Virus record (IMG/VR): IMGVR_UViG_3300037805_000644
Location: 1 to 64,000 of that record
DNA length: 64,000 nt
Direction: 5' to 3' (one strand)
Part shown: piece after piece, positions 9,775-17,569 of the stretch
Numbering within the stretch: the stretch's first letter is position 1
Layout: each line of letters begins with the position of its first letter
The notes under the pieces: model-generated
Database searches by the model: none
What the model was told of the DNA's origin: nothing
Seen by the model: the letters and a program-made list of their open reading frames with translations, nothing else
Made by a program: the position numbers and the translations under genes

Positions 9775-9832
9775 GCAGCTCCAGCCCTTAGGTTCCTAAC
9801 AGGCTGGGATATAGGTGGAAAAACGGCGGGGT

Positions 9833-10558
9833 TCAGTCGTCAGCCAGGAGTAAATCGATGTTTAGGTCATCAGCGAGATCCAGGCTCTCGGCCTGGGCCG
9901 CAAGGGCAGCCATCCTGCCCTTGCGCTTCTTAGGGGGCTCGGGGACAGGCTCGGGGATAGGCTCGGGGATAGGCTCGGGGATAGGCTCGGGGGTAGGCTC
10001 GGGGGTAGGCTCGGGGGTAGGCTCGGGCACCTCAAACGGGATGACCCGGGTGGGGCCCACTGCGACAGAGGTGCGGACCCTGCTGGGGTTGGACAGGGCC
10101 TCTGCCTTGTGGATGGCACCCTGAATCTTGGTCTTGCTCCGCCCGAAACGTGCAGGGTCAATGCCCAGCCCCACGGCTTGCTCTCGAAGCTCATTCAAGG
10201 TAGGTAGGCTTGATTTCCAGGACCGCCGGGCACCCCCTGTGGGTGTGGTGGACCCCCGGTAAATAACCACCAGCTCGATCTCACCGTCAGAGCGCACTTC
10301 AATGTGGGGCGCACCTCTCCGGCTGGCTTTCGCCATGGCGGCGTTAGCGGCGATGTCCGCTAGAGGACTAGACCCCAGGAGGGTGCAGGCTTCCTTTCGA
10401 GCTTTCTCAAGCTCCTCCTTGGCTACCTGGAGGCGCTGGTACACCGACCCCGCAAAGGTCTCCGACTGGGCGGACAACAACGACTCCGCCCAGGTGGCGT
10501 CCAAAGGTTCTCGGTGCTGCTTGCCGCTCATGCTGTCCCTCAGCTCGAAAGTTTCCAA
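9833..10558 (-). CDS. HeH/Rho_N-like domain protein with (PEPT/I) repeats
   Basis: PTLNELREQAVGLGID..GRSKTKIQGAI; repeat near the C-terminus. Confidence 0.65.
   Translation of the reverse strand: METFELRDSMSGKQHREPLDATWAESLLSAQSETFAGSVYQRLQVAKEELEKARKEACTLLGSSPLADIAANAAMAKASRRGAPHIEVRSDGEIELVVIYRGSTTPTGGARRSWKSSLPTLNELREQAVGLGIDPARFGRSKTKIQGAIHKAEALSNPSRVRTSVAVGPTRVIPFEVPEPTPEPTPEPTPEPIPEPIPEPIPEPVPEPPKKRKGRMAALAAQAESLDLADDLNIDLLLADD
9935..10027 (-). repeat. 12-bp coding tandem repeat (PEPT/PEPI)
   Basis: About 7-8 CCCGAGCCTA(C/T)C units. Confidence 0.85.
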
Positions 10559-10563
10559 CGTAT

Positions 10564-10590
10564 CTACCCCTTGGCCATCCGCACGTTACC
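10564..10590 (-). promoter_or_regulatory. Promoter motif variant
   Basis: GGTAAC-N15-GGGTAG just upstream of the 10558 start. Confidence 0.45.
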
Positions 10591-10650
10591 GCCCCAGAGC
10601 CTCTGAAACTTTCAGCGGGTCGAACTTTCGGAACCCACCCAAACTTTCAA

Positions 10651-10676
10651 GGTAACTTCCCTGCTCAGGGTAGTAG
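10651..10676 (+). promoter_or_regulatory. Recurrent promoter-like motif
   Basis: GGTAAC-N14-TAGTAG, then ATGAGGTGAG and SD. Confidence 0.75.
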
Positions 10677-10699
10677 ATGAGGTGAGCAAGGGAGGTTAC

Positions 10700-11137
10700 A
10701 TGAAAACCATGCCCATGTTCGATTGCCGGGTGTGGGTCGTGCCAAATCTCACCGAGGCGGCGAACTCCGTTCTCTGGCGAGTGCAAGATGCCATCCGCAA
10801 CAGCATCTCGATGGCGGCCCAAGCCCACTTCCCCCACCGCGAACTCCAGGGGCGGGATCAGGACACCATGCTGGCCATGCTGGCGGATAAGGGCGTCCAC
10901 TGGGACAAGTACCCTGATTTTTTCAAGTGGGGGTACTTGATCCGACGACACAAGGTGCTTCGTCCGTTCTCCCCCGGAGAAATCGAGGCCCTGCCGCCTC
11001 AGCATCACGCACGCCGGGACCCCTCTCTGGTCATTGAGCGGACGGAGGTGCAGGTGTTGCAGACCTGTTTCAAGTTCATCCAGAACCGTACCGAATTCAT
11101 GCTTGGGGCGGAACCTCAGCTTGAGGAGACACCATGA
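10700..11137 (+). CDS. C-terminal half of a Thg1-like (tRNA-His guanylyltransferase) protein
   Basis: FDCR..P...WRVQDAIRNSI...FPHRELQG...GVHW..YP.FFKWG; N-terminal catalytic half absent. Confidence 0.8.
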   Translation: MKTMPMFDCRVWVVPNLTEAANSVLWRVQDAIRNSISMAAQAHFPHRELQGRDQDTMLAMLADKGVHWDKYPDFFKWGYLIRRHKVLRPFSPGEIEALPPQHHARRDPSLVIERTEVQVLQTCFKFIQNRTEFMLGAEPQLEETP

Positions 11138-11850
11138 GCAAGAAAAAGCGGCCCGGTCAGAAAAACCGGGCTTTCATCGATATTGAGACAACGGGCCTAC
11201 ATCCCGATATCAATGAGATCATCTCTTTCGCGGGGCAGAAATACTCCCCTGAGGGGGTTCTGCTCGATGAGATCGAGTTCAAGATCAAGTTCCAGCACAC
11301 CGAGGAGCCCCCACCCAACGCGGAGCACATCTGGCCGGGACCCGACCCCTTCTCCCCTGAGAAATGGAAAGAAGGGGTGGACTTTTGTCTGGGGTTCAAC
11401 CATTACAGCGAGGAAGAGTGGGCAGATGCCTTGGTGCTCCTGGATGCTCTCCACTGCATTGCAGACTTTCTCAGGGGTTCGGTCATCGTGGGCCACAACC
11501 CTCACTTTGACCGGGAGTTCATCGCCACCAAAGCCAAGCGGCTCGGGTTGAAGGTGCATTTCCCGTACCACAAGATCGACACCGTCACGCTCGGTTATGA
11601 GCACCTGGCCCCCTTGGGGCTCCCTTACCTGTCGCTCTCAAAGCGGGGGGGCGTGTGTGACTTCTTGGGGATCCCCGTGGAGAAAGCGCATGAGGCCCTG
11701 GACGATGTGCGACGCACCGCCAAGGTGTTCTTCATGCTCGACAAGGCGACCTGGTTCGACCGACTGCGATGGCGGTTCAACTGGTGGTGGCGCCGCAATC
11801 TCAAGATTTCTGAGGTAACTGGATCCATCCCCGATAGTGGGGTAGCTTGA
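11134..11850 (+). CDS. DEDDh 3'-5' exonuclease (DnaQ-like)
   Basis: FIDIETTG, GHNPHFD, AHEALDD. Confidence 0.9.
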   Translation: MSKKKRPGQKNRAFIDIETTGLHPDINEIISFAGQKYSPEGVLLDEIEFKIKFQHTEEPPPNAEHIWPGPDPFSPEKWKEGVDFCLGFNHYSEEEWADALVLLDALHCIADFLRGSVIVGHNPHFDREFIATKAKRLGLKVHFPYHKIDTVTLGYEHLAPLGLPYLSLSKRGGVCDFLGIPVEKAHEALDDVRRTAKVFFMLDKATWFDRLRWRFNWWWRRNLKISEVTGSIPDSGVA

Positions 11851-11867
11851 TCTGCCCCTAATAGTAG
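11814..11867 (+). promoter_or_regulatory. Two tandem promoter motif variants
   Basis: GGTAAC-N15-TAGTGG and GGTAGC-N15-TAGTAG ahead of an AGGAGG SD. Confidence 0.5.
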
Positions 11868-11889
11868 CTCGGGGGAAAGGAGGTACCTG

Positions 11890-12072
11890 ATGCAACTATA
11901 CTCAGAGGTTCTGCAAGAACGGTTGGTTACCCTGAAAAGGAGCCTTCGACGGCACAAACCCGGCAGCAGGGGGGAAAAGACCACCCTTGCTCGCATCGAG
12001 AAACTTGAGGGTCATCTTGAGAAGCATGAGAGAGCCGTCGCTGACAACCCCTATATCCCTTACAAGGAATAA
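11890..12072 (+). CDS. Small hypothetical protein
   Basis: Strong AAGGAGGT SD. Confidence 0.65.
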   Translation: MQLYSEVLQERLVTLKRSLRRHKPGSRGEKTTLARIEKLEGHLEKHERAVADNPYIPYKE

Positions 12073-12074
12073 AG

Positions 12075-12101
12075 GGTAATGAAACCCTCACCCGGTAGTA
12101 G
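12075..12101 (+). promoter_or_regulatory. Promoter motif variant
   Basis: GGTAAT-N15-TAGTAG. Confidence 0.55.
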
Positions 12102-12129
12102 CCCAGGTGAACGAGCTGAGAGGTGGGGG

Positions 12130-12384
12130 ATGGTGAAGTCTGAAATTCTGGGTGTTGTCCTGACGGCTTTGTCGCCGTTGGCGCTCTTTGTGGCCGGGAT
12201 GGTCACATACGTGATCCCCGCCGATGCCCATCGGCTCAAGGTCCGGGTGTGCATGGAGGAGTTGCCCTCAGGGTTCCACTCTTACCGGGTGTGTCACAAC
12301 CGGCACATCGGAGAGGCAGGCGGCATTGTCGCCACCCTCACCCCCACCATCCCCGTTGAGTACGCCTATGAGGCCGCACGGTGA
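12130..12384 (+). CDS. Small membrane-anchored protein
   Basis: GAGGTG SD; N-terminal hydrophobic helix. Confidence 0.55.
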   Translation: MVKSEILGVVLTALSPLALFVAGMVTYVIPADAHRLKVRVCMEELPSGFHSYRVCHNRHIGEAGGIVATLTPTIPVEYAYEAAR

Positions 12385-12632
12385 GTGCCCTTTCGGTAGG
12401 CACGCTCGTCCGCGTTCGCGGGTTCTGGCGCAGCACGTTCGGTGTAATCATCGCTGTCAGTGGTAGCGGTGATTACACCGTCCGGCTGTTGGGTGGCCAA
12501 ACGCGTGTGATGGAATGCATCCGCAGTTCGCTTGTGCCACCGCCTGAGGTTTTCAATGACCTCGGGCGTCTCAGCAAAGCTCGGCGTCAGGACCTTGAGG
12601 CACAGCTCAAGGAACACCAGGATGAGAGCTAA
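12381..12632 (+). CDS. Small SH3/KOW-like hypothetical protein
   Basis: GTGA overlap; VGTLVRVRG..FGVIIAV..YTVRL. Confidence 0.55.
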   Translation: MSALSVGTLVRVRGFWRSTFGVIIAVSGSGDYTVRLLGGQTRVMECIRSSLVPPPEVFNDLGRLSKARRQDLEAQLKEHQDES

Positions 12633-12862
12633 CCACCGAACTCAAGCGGCTGGAGATCCGCATCCGCCGCCTCGGCTACAAGATCTGTGATCCCTGGACC
12701 CCTATCGGCGGGGGTAACCCTTACAACCGTTGTGACGGCTGCGGGATTTCTGAGCCCTATGTGAGCATTGAAGGGGGCCATCGTGCAGGATGTACGGTGG
12801 CTGGGGTTGAGGCTGAGATTCGGCATTACCAGGGTCTTCTTGAAAGCCTGACCGATCAGTAA
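12622..12862 (+). pseudogene. Zn-finger-like small protein with frameshifted start (absent from ORF track)
   Basis: Open frame 12626..12862 ELTTELKRLEIRIRRLGYKICDPW..NPYNRCDGC..HRAGC; ATG at 12622 is one base out of frame. Confidence 0.5.
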
Positions 12863-13278
12863 CCGTCGCGGAACCAACCCCCGCCTTTGAGCTGGAAAGA
12901 CCCCTTGCTGATGAGCTTGTGGGTCTCCCCCCCGCACGTCCCCTGGACGTAACCTTCCAGCGACTCCAGACACTGCCCCGTCTTCGGGTCCACGAACCCG
13001 GAATCAACCTCCACCGGGAGGGGGTTGCCCTCTTCGTCAATGAAAAGGTCTCGGTCGTAGACAGGCAGACCCCCACCACCACCCTCGTTTGAGGTTTTCA
13101 GATACACCCTATTGGTGCCCGCCTGGAACCCCCGTACGACCTCGGTCCCGTAGTCGAACTGAAAAGGCTGGAGCACCCGGATGCCCTGGTTCGGGCACAA
13201 AGGGTTCTCCGCAGACATCGACTGCATGGTGCTGAACTGGTGATCGCACCTCTCACATTTGAATTCGTAAATAGGAAT
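12856..13278 (-). CDS. FmdB-family zinc-ribbon protein with ATT start and internal insertion
   Basis: (M)PIYEFKCERC...CP[insert]CGG..KLIS..FQLKGGGWFRDGY; AAGGAGG 5 nt before ATT. Confidence 0.8.
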   Translation of the reverse strand: MPIYEFKCERCDHQFSTMQSMSAENPLCPNQGIRVLQPFQFDYGTEVVRGFQAGTNRVYLKTSNEGGGGGLPVYDRDLFIDEEGNPLPVEVDSGFVDPKTGQCLESLEGYVQGTCGGETHKLISKGSFQLKGGGWFRDGY

Positions 13279-13289
13279 GGCAGCCTCCT

Positions 13290-13883
13290 TTATTTGGGCT
13301 CGTACCTGAAAGTCCAGCCCGAGCGAGTCCTCTGACTGTACCCGTTTAGTATGTTTTTGACCGAAGTTCTTCCCAATCCCAACTCCTGTGCGGCCGGGGT
13401 AACGTGGGTGAATTTCAACACCCTGCCGTCAGAGTGTTCAGCCACCACCTGATGCTTGTACCTAGCAACCCGTGAGCGAGTCGCTTTCTCGGACCAAGTG
13501 TTCTCCCCCCCCTTATTCCAAGAGGTGTTCCCTTTGTTGGCCCGGCCAATCGCAGCATTGTGCTCAGGTGTGTTCCGCTGGCCGAGCCTTGTCCCTCCTC
13601 GTGCCAGCGTGGCGATGTTGTACGTGTCACTGGAGGGGGTCTCATCCAGGAGGGCCTGCTCTTTCACAAGCAGCTCCTCCGGTAGGCAGTAGCCTAGGAC
13701 GGTGAACTCAAAGCTCTCAGCTCCGTACTTCGTCCAAGCCCGTTGAAGGTGGATGTTGTGGTGTACCCCCAACTTCAAATCCTTACGGTGCCGCCACCAC
13801 CGACTACGCATATGCCTGGAAGATCCGAGGTAAAACTTACCCGTTTGGGTGTTCCTGATTTCATAGAGGCCGCAAATTCTCAT
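13290..13883 (-). mobile_element. GIY-YIG homing endonuclease with NUMOD/HTH C-terminus
   Basis: GLYEIRN..GKFYLGSS..R..H..HLQRAWTKYG. Confidence 0.9.
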
Positions 13884-13898
13884 GCCCTAGTACGAGTA

Positions 13899-14483
13899 TC
13901 AGGTGATTATCGAACAAGGGCACAGCTCCGGGATGAGGGTGTGGAACAGGGAAAGGACCGCAGAATCGTTCTGGGGGTCATAGCTCCCCTGGATACACGG
14001 AGTGGTCGATCCGATGGGGGCGAACACCACACCAAGGTCCTCCAGGTACTCCCGCAAGCGCAGTGCCTCAGGAACCAAGTTGCTGGCAGGGGACACCTGT
14101 ACACGCACCTCAGCGTCCGAAAAGCCGTCGAGGGCTCCATCGACGGCGTAAACCGTATCAAACCCGCCTTTGCGAAGCATCCTCACCGTATGGCGAATAC
14201 CCTCATCTACCTGGCTGTAATCGAAAGTGTCTGCCGCCAAGGCGATGGCCAGGTGACGGCCACCTCGCAAAAGAGCCTGATCCTCCGACTGACCCTCCGA
14301 GTACACTTCAACCTTGGCCCCTTGCTGAACCATCAGGTCCCTGGCAGCGTCTTTGGCAGCCTCGCCCCCACACATCTTCCAGAGGCTCTGCGAGGGCCCC
14401 CCTCGGTGGTCTAGTTTGGGGCTCCCTCTGAACCCCATCTCGAAGGGCTCGCCTCCGGTGATGTGGAATGTCCAGATTTTCAC
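13899..14483 (-). CDS. Hypothetical protein, paralog of 48839..49243 in its C-terminal part
   Basis: GTG start overlapping the upstream stop; VDEGIRHTV.ML.KGGFDT..DG. Confidence 0.6.
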   Translation of the reverse strand: MKIWTFHITGGEPFEMGFRGSPKLDHRGGPSQSLWKMCGGEAAKDAARDLMVQQGAKVEVYSEGQSEDQALLRGGRHLAIALAADTFDYSQVDEGIRHTVRMLRKGGFDTVYAVDGALDGFSDAEVRVQVSPASNLVPEALRLREYLEDLGVVFAPIGSTTPCIQGSYDPQNDSAVLSLFHTLIPELCPCSIIT

Positions 14484-14779
14484 AGGTGCATCTCCCGGCG
14501 GCCATCCCGCCATGTATTGGCTTTGTCTCCCGACCCGCACCCTCGAAAAAGAACATGGTCTCCGAGGTCAGGATCGAAGGTCTCATCATCGAGGGCCACC
14601 ACACTCAGCCGACCGCCATCCAAGAGTGCGGTTCGGCCCGAAAAGGTAACACCCTCCGGCAGGGAGGCGGCCAAGGTGCGCCGGAGAGCTTGGGTGGCCG
14701 CATCGTCGGGGCACACCACCACCAACCATGTACCCGTTGCACGGGCCATCAGGTCCAAAACCTGGGGTACCTCGCTCAC
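14480..14779 (-). CDS. Hypothetical protein
   Basis: Start/stop overlaps on both sides. Confidence 0.55.
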   Translation of the reverse strand: MSEVPQVLDLMARATGTWLVVVCPDDAATQALRRTLAASLPEGVTFSGRTALLDGGRLSVVALDDETFDPDLGDHVLFRGCGSGDKANTWRDGRREMHL

Positions 14780-15885
14780 GAGACCAACCGAGCGGCCCAG
14801 CCGACAGAGCGGATGTCCACCGTGTTCCTGGGTGTTACCTCCAGGTACAGGAACCCCTGAGTCCCCTCAGGGAGGCTGCGTAGGAGGCCCGAGGCGAGGG
14901 CATGGGCAGCGGTGTCGATGAGGTTGAAAGTCTCCTTGATGGCGCCCTTGCCGTGGATATTCACCACCCACTCATGGGTTGCCTGGACCTCCACCTCTCG
15001 GAGAACATCAAACTCCCGCTCAACCACCTCAAAGACACCCCCGCTCAATCGGGTGGCGACCAGCTCTCGGATGGTGGTTGTTGCGGAACGCCGCCCCTGG
15101 GTGGTGCTCAAAAACTTGTATGCGGCCTCTCGCCTCTGCTCAGGCGTCAAAGCCGCCAGCGCACTCCCCGTGGGCTTCCCGACCTCAACGAGGGCAGGTA
15201 CCTCCCCTCGGCGGTACCCGGGCAAATCGGTGAGCTGAGTGCCGCTTGCGAGGGCAGGGAAATCAGGGTCTCCGTTGGGTAGGGAGGCGGCCCACTGGTC
15301 TCCCCCTTTAGCGATCAGCCCGGCCTGGGTGAGTTCCCTGGCCAGATCCTCAATGGCCAGGGCTCGATTGGCCTGGTGCTGACGTATCTCAGCCTCAATA
15401 CCGGCACTGGCCCTATCCAGCATGACCCCCAGGGCCACTGCATCACGGGCGTCCGTCTTGACAGGCACCGCAGGCTTGACCCCCTCGGGGAGGTCGGAGG
15501 TTCGCAGCTCGGGGAGATCCCCATCGAACTGGAGACGTTCCCCCATTGCCGCCTGGACCAGAGGGTTGATTTGGGGGCGTCCGACACCATTGTCGAACAG
15601 GTCCCCCAACATCTCAGAGTCAGTGATTTCTTGGAGAATCTGGGCGTCCAAGAGGCTTCCTACCTGGGCCTCGATCTCGGGGCCTTGGGCCAGAGCCAGT
15701 GCCATAGCCTGGCCCATGGCCTCATCCAGGCTCAACTCCCCAGCCTTGACCTTGTCCACCAACGGGGCCAGACCCGGGATCTTCTCCTGGAGGGTGGTGC
15801 TGAGATCCCGCAACTGAACCTCATCAAACGGCTCGTACTGGATGCGGGGGTCAACACCTTCAAGGTTGATCTTATCAGTCATCAA
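14776..15885 (-). CDS. Hypothetical protein
   Basis: 369-aa ORF with AGGAG SD. Confidence 0.75.
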   Translation of the reverse strand: MMTDKINLEGVDPRIQYEPFDEVQLRDLSTTLQEKIPGLAPLVDKVKAGELSLDEAMGQAMALALAQGPEIEAQVGSLLDAQILQEITDSEMLGDLFDNGVGRPQINPLVQAAMGERLQFDGDLPELRTSDLPEGVKPAVPVKTDARDAVALGVMLDRASAGIEAEIRQHQANRALAIEDLARELTQAGLIAKGGDQWAASLPNGDPDFPALASGTQLTDLPGYRRGEVPALVEVGKPTGSALAALTPEQRREAAYKFLSTTQGRRSATTTIRELVATRLSGGVFEVVEREFDVLREVEVQATHEWVVNIHGKGAIKETFNLIDTAAHALASGLLRSLPEGTQGFLYLEVTPRNTVDIRSVGWAARLVS

Positions 15886-16705
15886 TTTCTCCTGAGGCCG
15901 TGAGCTTGATCCTTACCCCGGCTTTGACCCTCCTACCCCCAGACCTGCGGGGATCAACCGGGACCGCCCAGGGATCCGCTGCGGGTTGTGGTTCAGGGAG
16001 GCTTCCGATCATGCCCCCTTGGGCTGTTGCATTCCCTCGGGGAGGCGGTGGGGCCTTGAGGGGCGCCTTGGGGTGTTGAGGGGCTGGGGGGCCTTTGATG
16101 ACAGGCTCAGCCTCCTCGGGCTCTTCGGGATCAGGCTCGCTCGACTCAAGTCGGTCGTAAATGGCCTGCACATACTCCTCGATGTGGGATTTCTGCTGCC
16201 GCTGGGCAAGGACCACTGCCCGCTCCCAAAGCAGAGGGTCCCGTTCGGGGCTCTCGCCTTTCTCGGGGGCCTTGCGCCCTTGAGCTTCTGCAAGGCGCTG
16301 CACCGCCGCGTCTACTGCCTTGGACTCATTGGACACGGGCTTGCCGTCCGTGATGTCAAAGGAGGGCGTCTCGACGGGGGTCCAGTCGTTCCGCTTGGAG
16401 CTGATCTCTAGCTTCACCGCCTGGTTGAGCAGGTTGGCGAAGTCCGCCTGCACGATGCGTGCGTACTTGGGCTGATTGGGGTCAGCCTGGCTGGGATTCA
16501 TCAGCCTGTCCGCCTGGTTGGACATGCGAGCGGCAAAGGGGTCACCGGCCTGGTGGTTTACGCAGACGGGGTTCCGGCACGCACGGCAAAACAGCTCTTT
16601 GAACTGATCCGTACTGGGGGGGTTGCCCACCTTCTGAGTTTTCTGTTTCCAGTCTGCCAAGCAGTCCGGGAGGAGGTCTTGCGTCTTGTAGTCTGGGATA
16701 CTCAT
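15875..16705 (-). CDS. Hypothetical protein (Cys motif, Pro-rich tail)
   Basis: ATGA overlap at 16705; FCRACRNPVC. Confidence 0.7.
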   Translation of the reverse strand: MSIPDYKTQDLLPDCLADWKQKTQKVGNPPSTDQFKELFCRACRNPVCVNHQAGDPFAARMSNQADRLMNPSQADPNQPKYARIVQADFANLLNQAVKLEISSKRNDWTPVETPSFDITDGKPVSNESKAVDAAVQRLAEAQGRKAPEKGESPERDPLLWERAVVLAQRQQKSHIEEYVQAIYDRLESSEPDPEEPEEAEPVIKGPPAPQHPKAPLKAPPPPRGNATAQGGMIGSLPEPQPAADPWAVPVDPRRSGGRRVKAGVRIKLTASGEIDD

Positions 16706-17118
16706 CGGATGTTCTTGGTCCGGTTGCTCTTGGTTCGGGGTCGGTTTTGGCCCTGGGCACACGCCAAGAAATTGGCTCGGCTATGGCCTTGGGAGGTGAT
16801 GTCCACAGCATCCACGATGGGGAAACTGTGCTCCCCATCCAGGCTCTCCAGGTGTGGGGGTTTGTTTCTCCCCACGGACACCAGTTTGCGGGCATGAGGG
16901 CAGTCCAGACAGACCTCGGGGTTCATGCCCTTATCAAGCCCGCAGACCCTTTCCCAGATCTTGTGGCTCTCATAGCCACCGGTGCTGATGAGCCCTTTAG
17001 ACCTCTGCTCCTCTACACCAATGTCCATCATGGCAGACACAGGGGGGAACACCCGCCAGTGGTGGCAATAAAAGGTCTCAGTCTTCCCCTGGTAGCTCGC
17101 TTGCATCGGCTTGAGCAT
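16702..17118 (-). CDS. Cys-rich hypothetical protein
   Basis: AAGGAGAGG SD; CLDCPH. Confidence 0.6.
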   Translation of the reverse strand: MLKPMQASYQGKTETFYCHHWRVFPPVSAMMDIGVEEQRSKGLISTGGYESHKIWERVCGLDKGMNPEVCLDCPHARKLVSVGRNKPPHLESLDGEHSFPIVDAVDITSQGHSRANFLACAQGQNRPRTKSNRTKNIR

Positions 17119-17569
17119 GGGCCTCTCCTTCAAACAATTGCTTGCGGATCTGGGCTAGCCGGGCCATGCGGGCAGTGTTCAGATCCGTCCCCACTTTACC
17201 GACCATGCGCTCCAACTCTCGGCCACGGGAAATCTGTTCTGTGAGTCGATCCCCCTCCGCCCGAAGCTTGGCGATCCTTAGCAGGTCGTTGCTGACGAGA
17301 CCACGCTCTCGCAGGAGACCCACAATGTGGCGCATGACATCCATTTGTTCATGGATGCGGTCACTGCCATCAAGGGCTTGGGCGATGCGGTTGTGTACGG
17401 TAGGGCAGGCTTCGAGGCCGCAGGTGGGTTCCGTGCAGGTCGAGGGCATCCCCGTGCATCCAGACCCTTCCAGGTCGATGCCGAGGGCACCCTCGATCAC
17501 TCGGAGGCGTCGAAGGACATCAGGGAGTTTAGCAGAGTCCTCGGGCACGGGCGGTGTAGAAGAACTCAT
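17078..17569 (-). CDS. Hypothetical Cys-containing coiled-coil protein
   Basis: Fills the gap after the polymerase; short overlaps on both sides. Confidence 0.55.
   Translation of the reverse strand: MSSSTPPVPEDSAKLPDVLRRLRVIEGALGIDLEGSGCTGMPSTCTEPTCGLEACPTVHNRIAQALDGSDRIHEQMDVMRHIVGLLRERGLVSNDLLRIAKLRAEGDRLTEQISRGRELERMVGKVGTDLNTARMARLAQIRKQLFEGEAHAQADASELPGED

Noticed and set aside
12633-12855. Structured ncRNA in an apparent intergenic gap
   Set aside because: Better explained by the protein-like open frame 12626..12862
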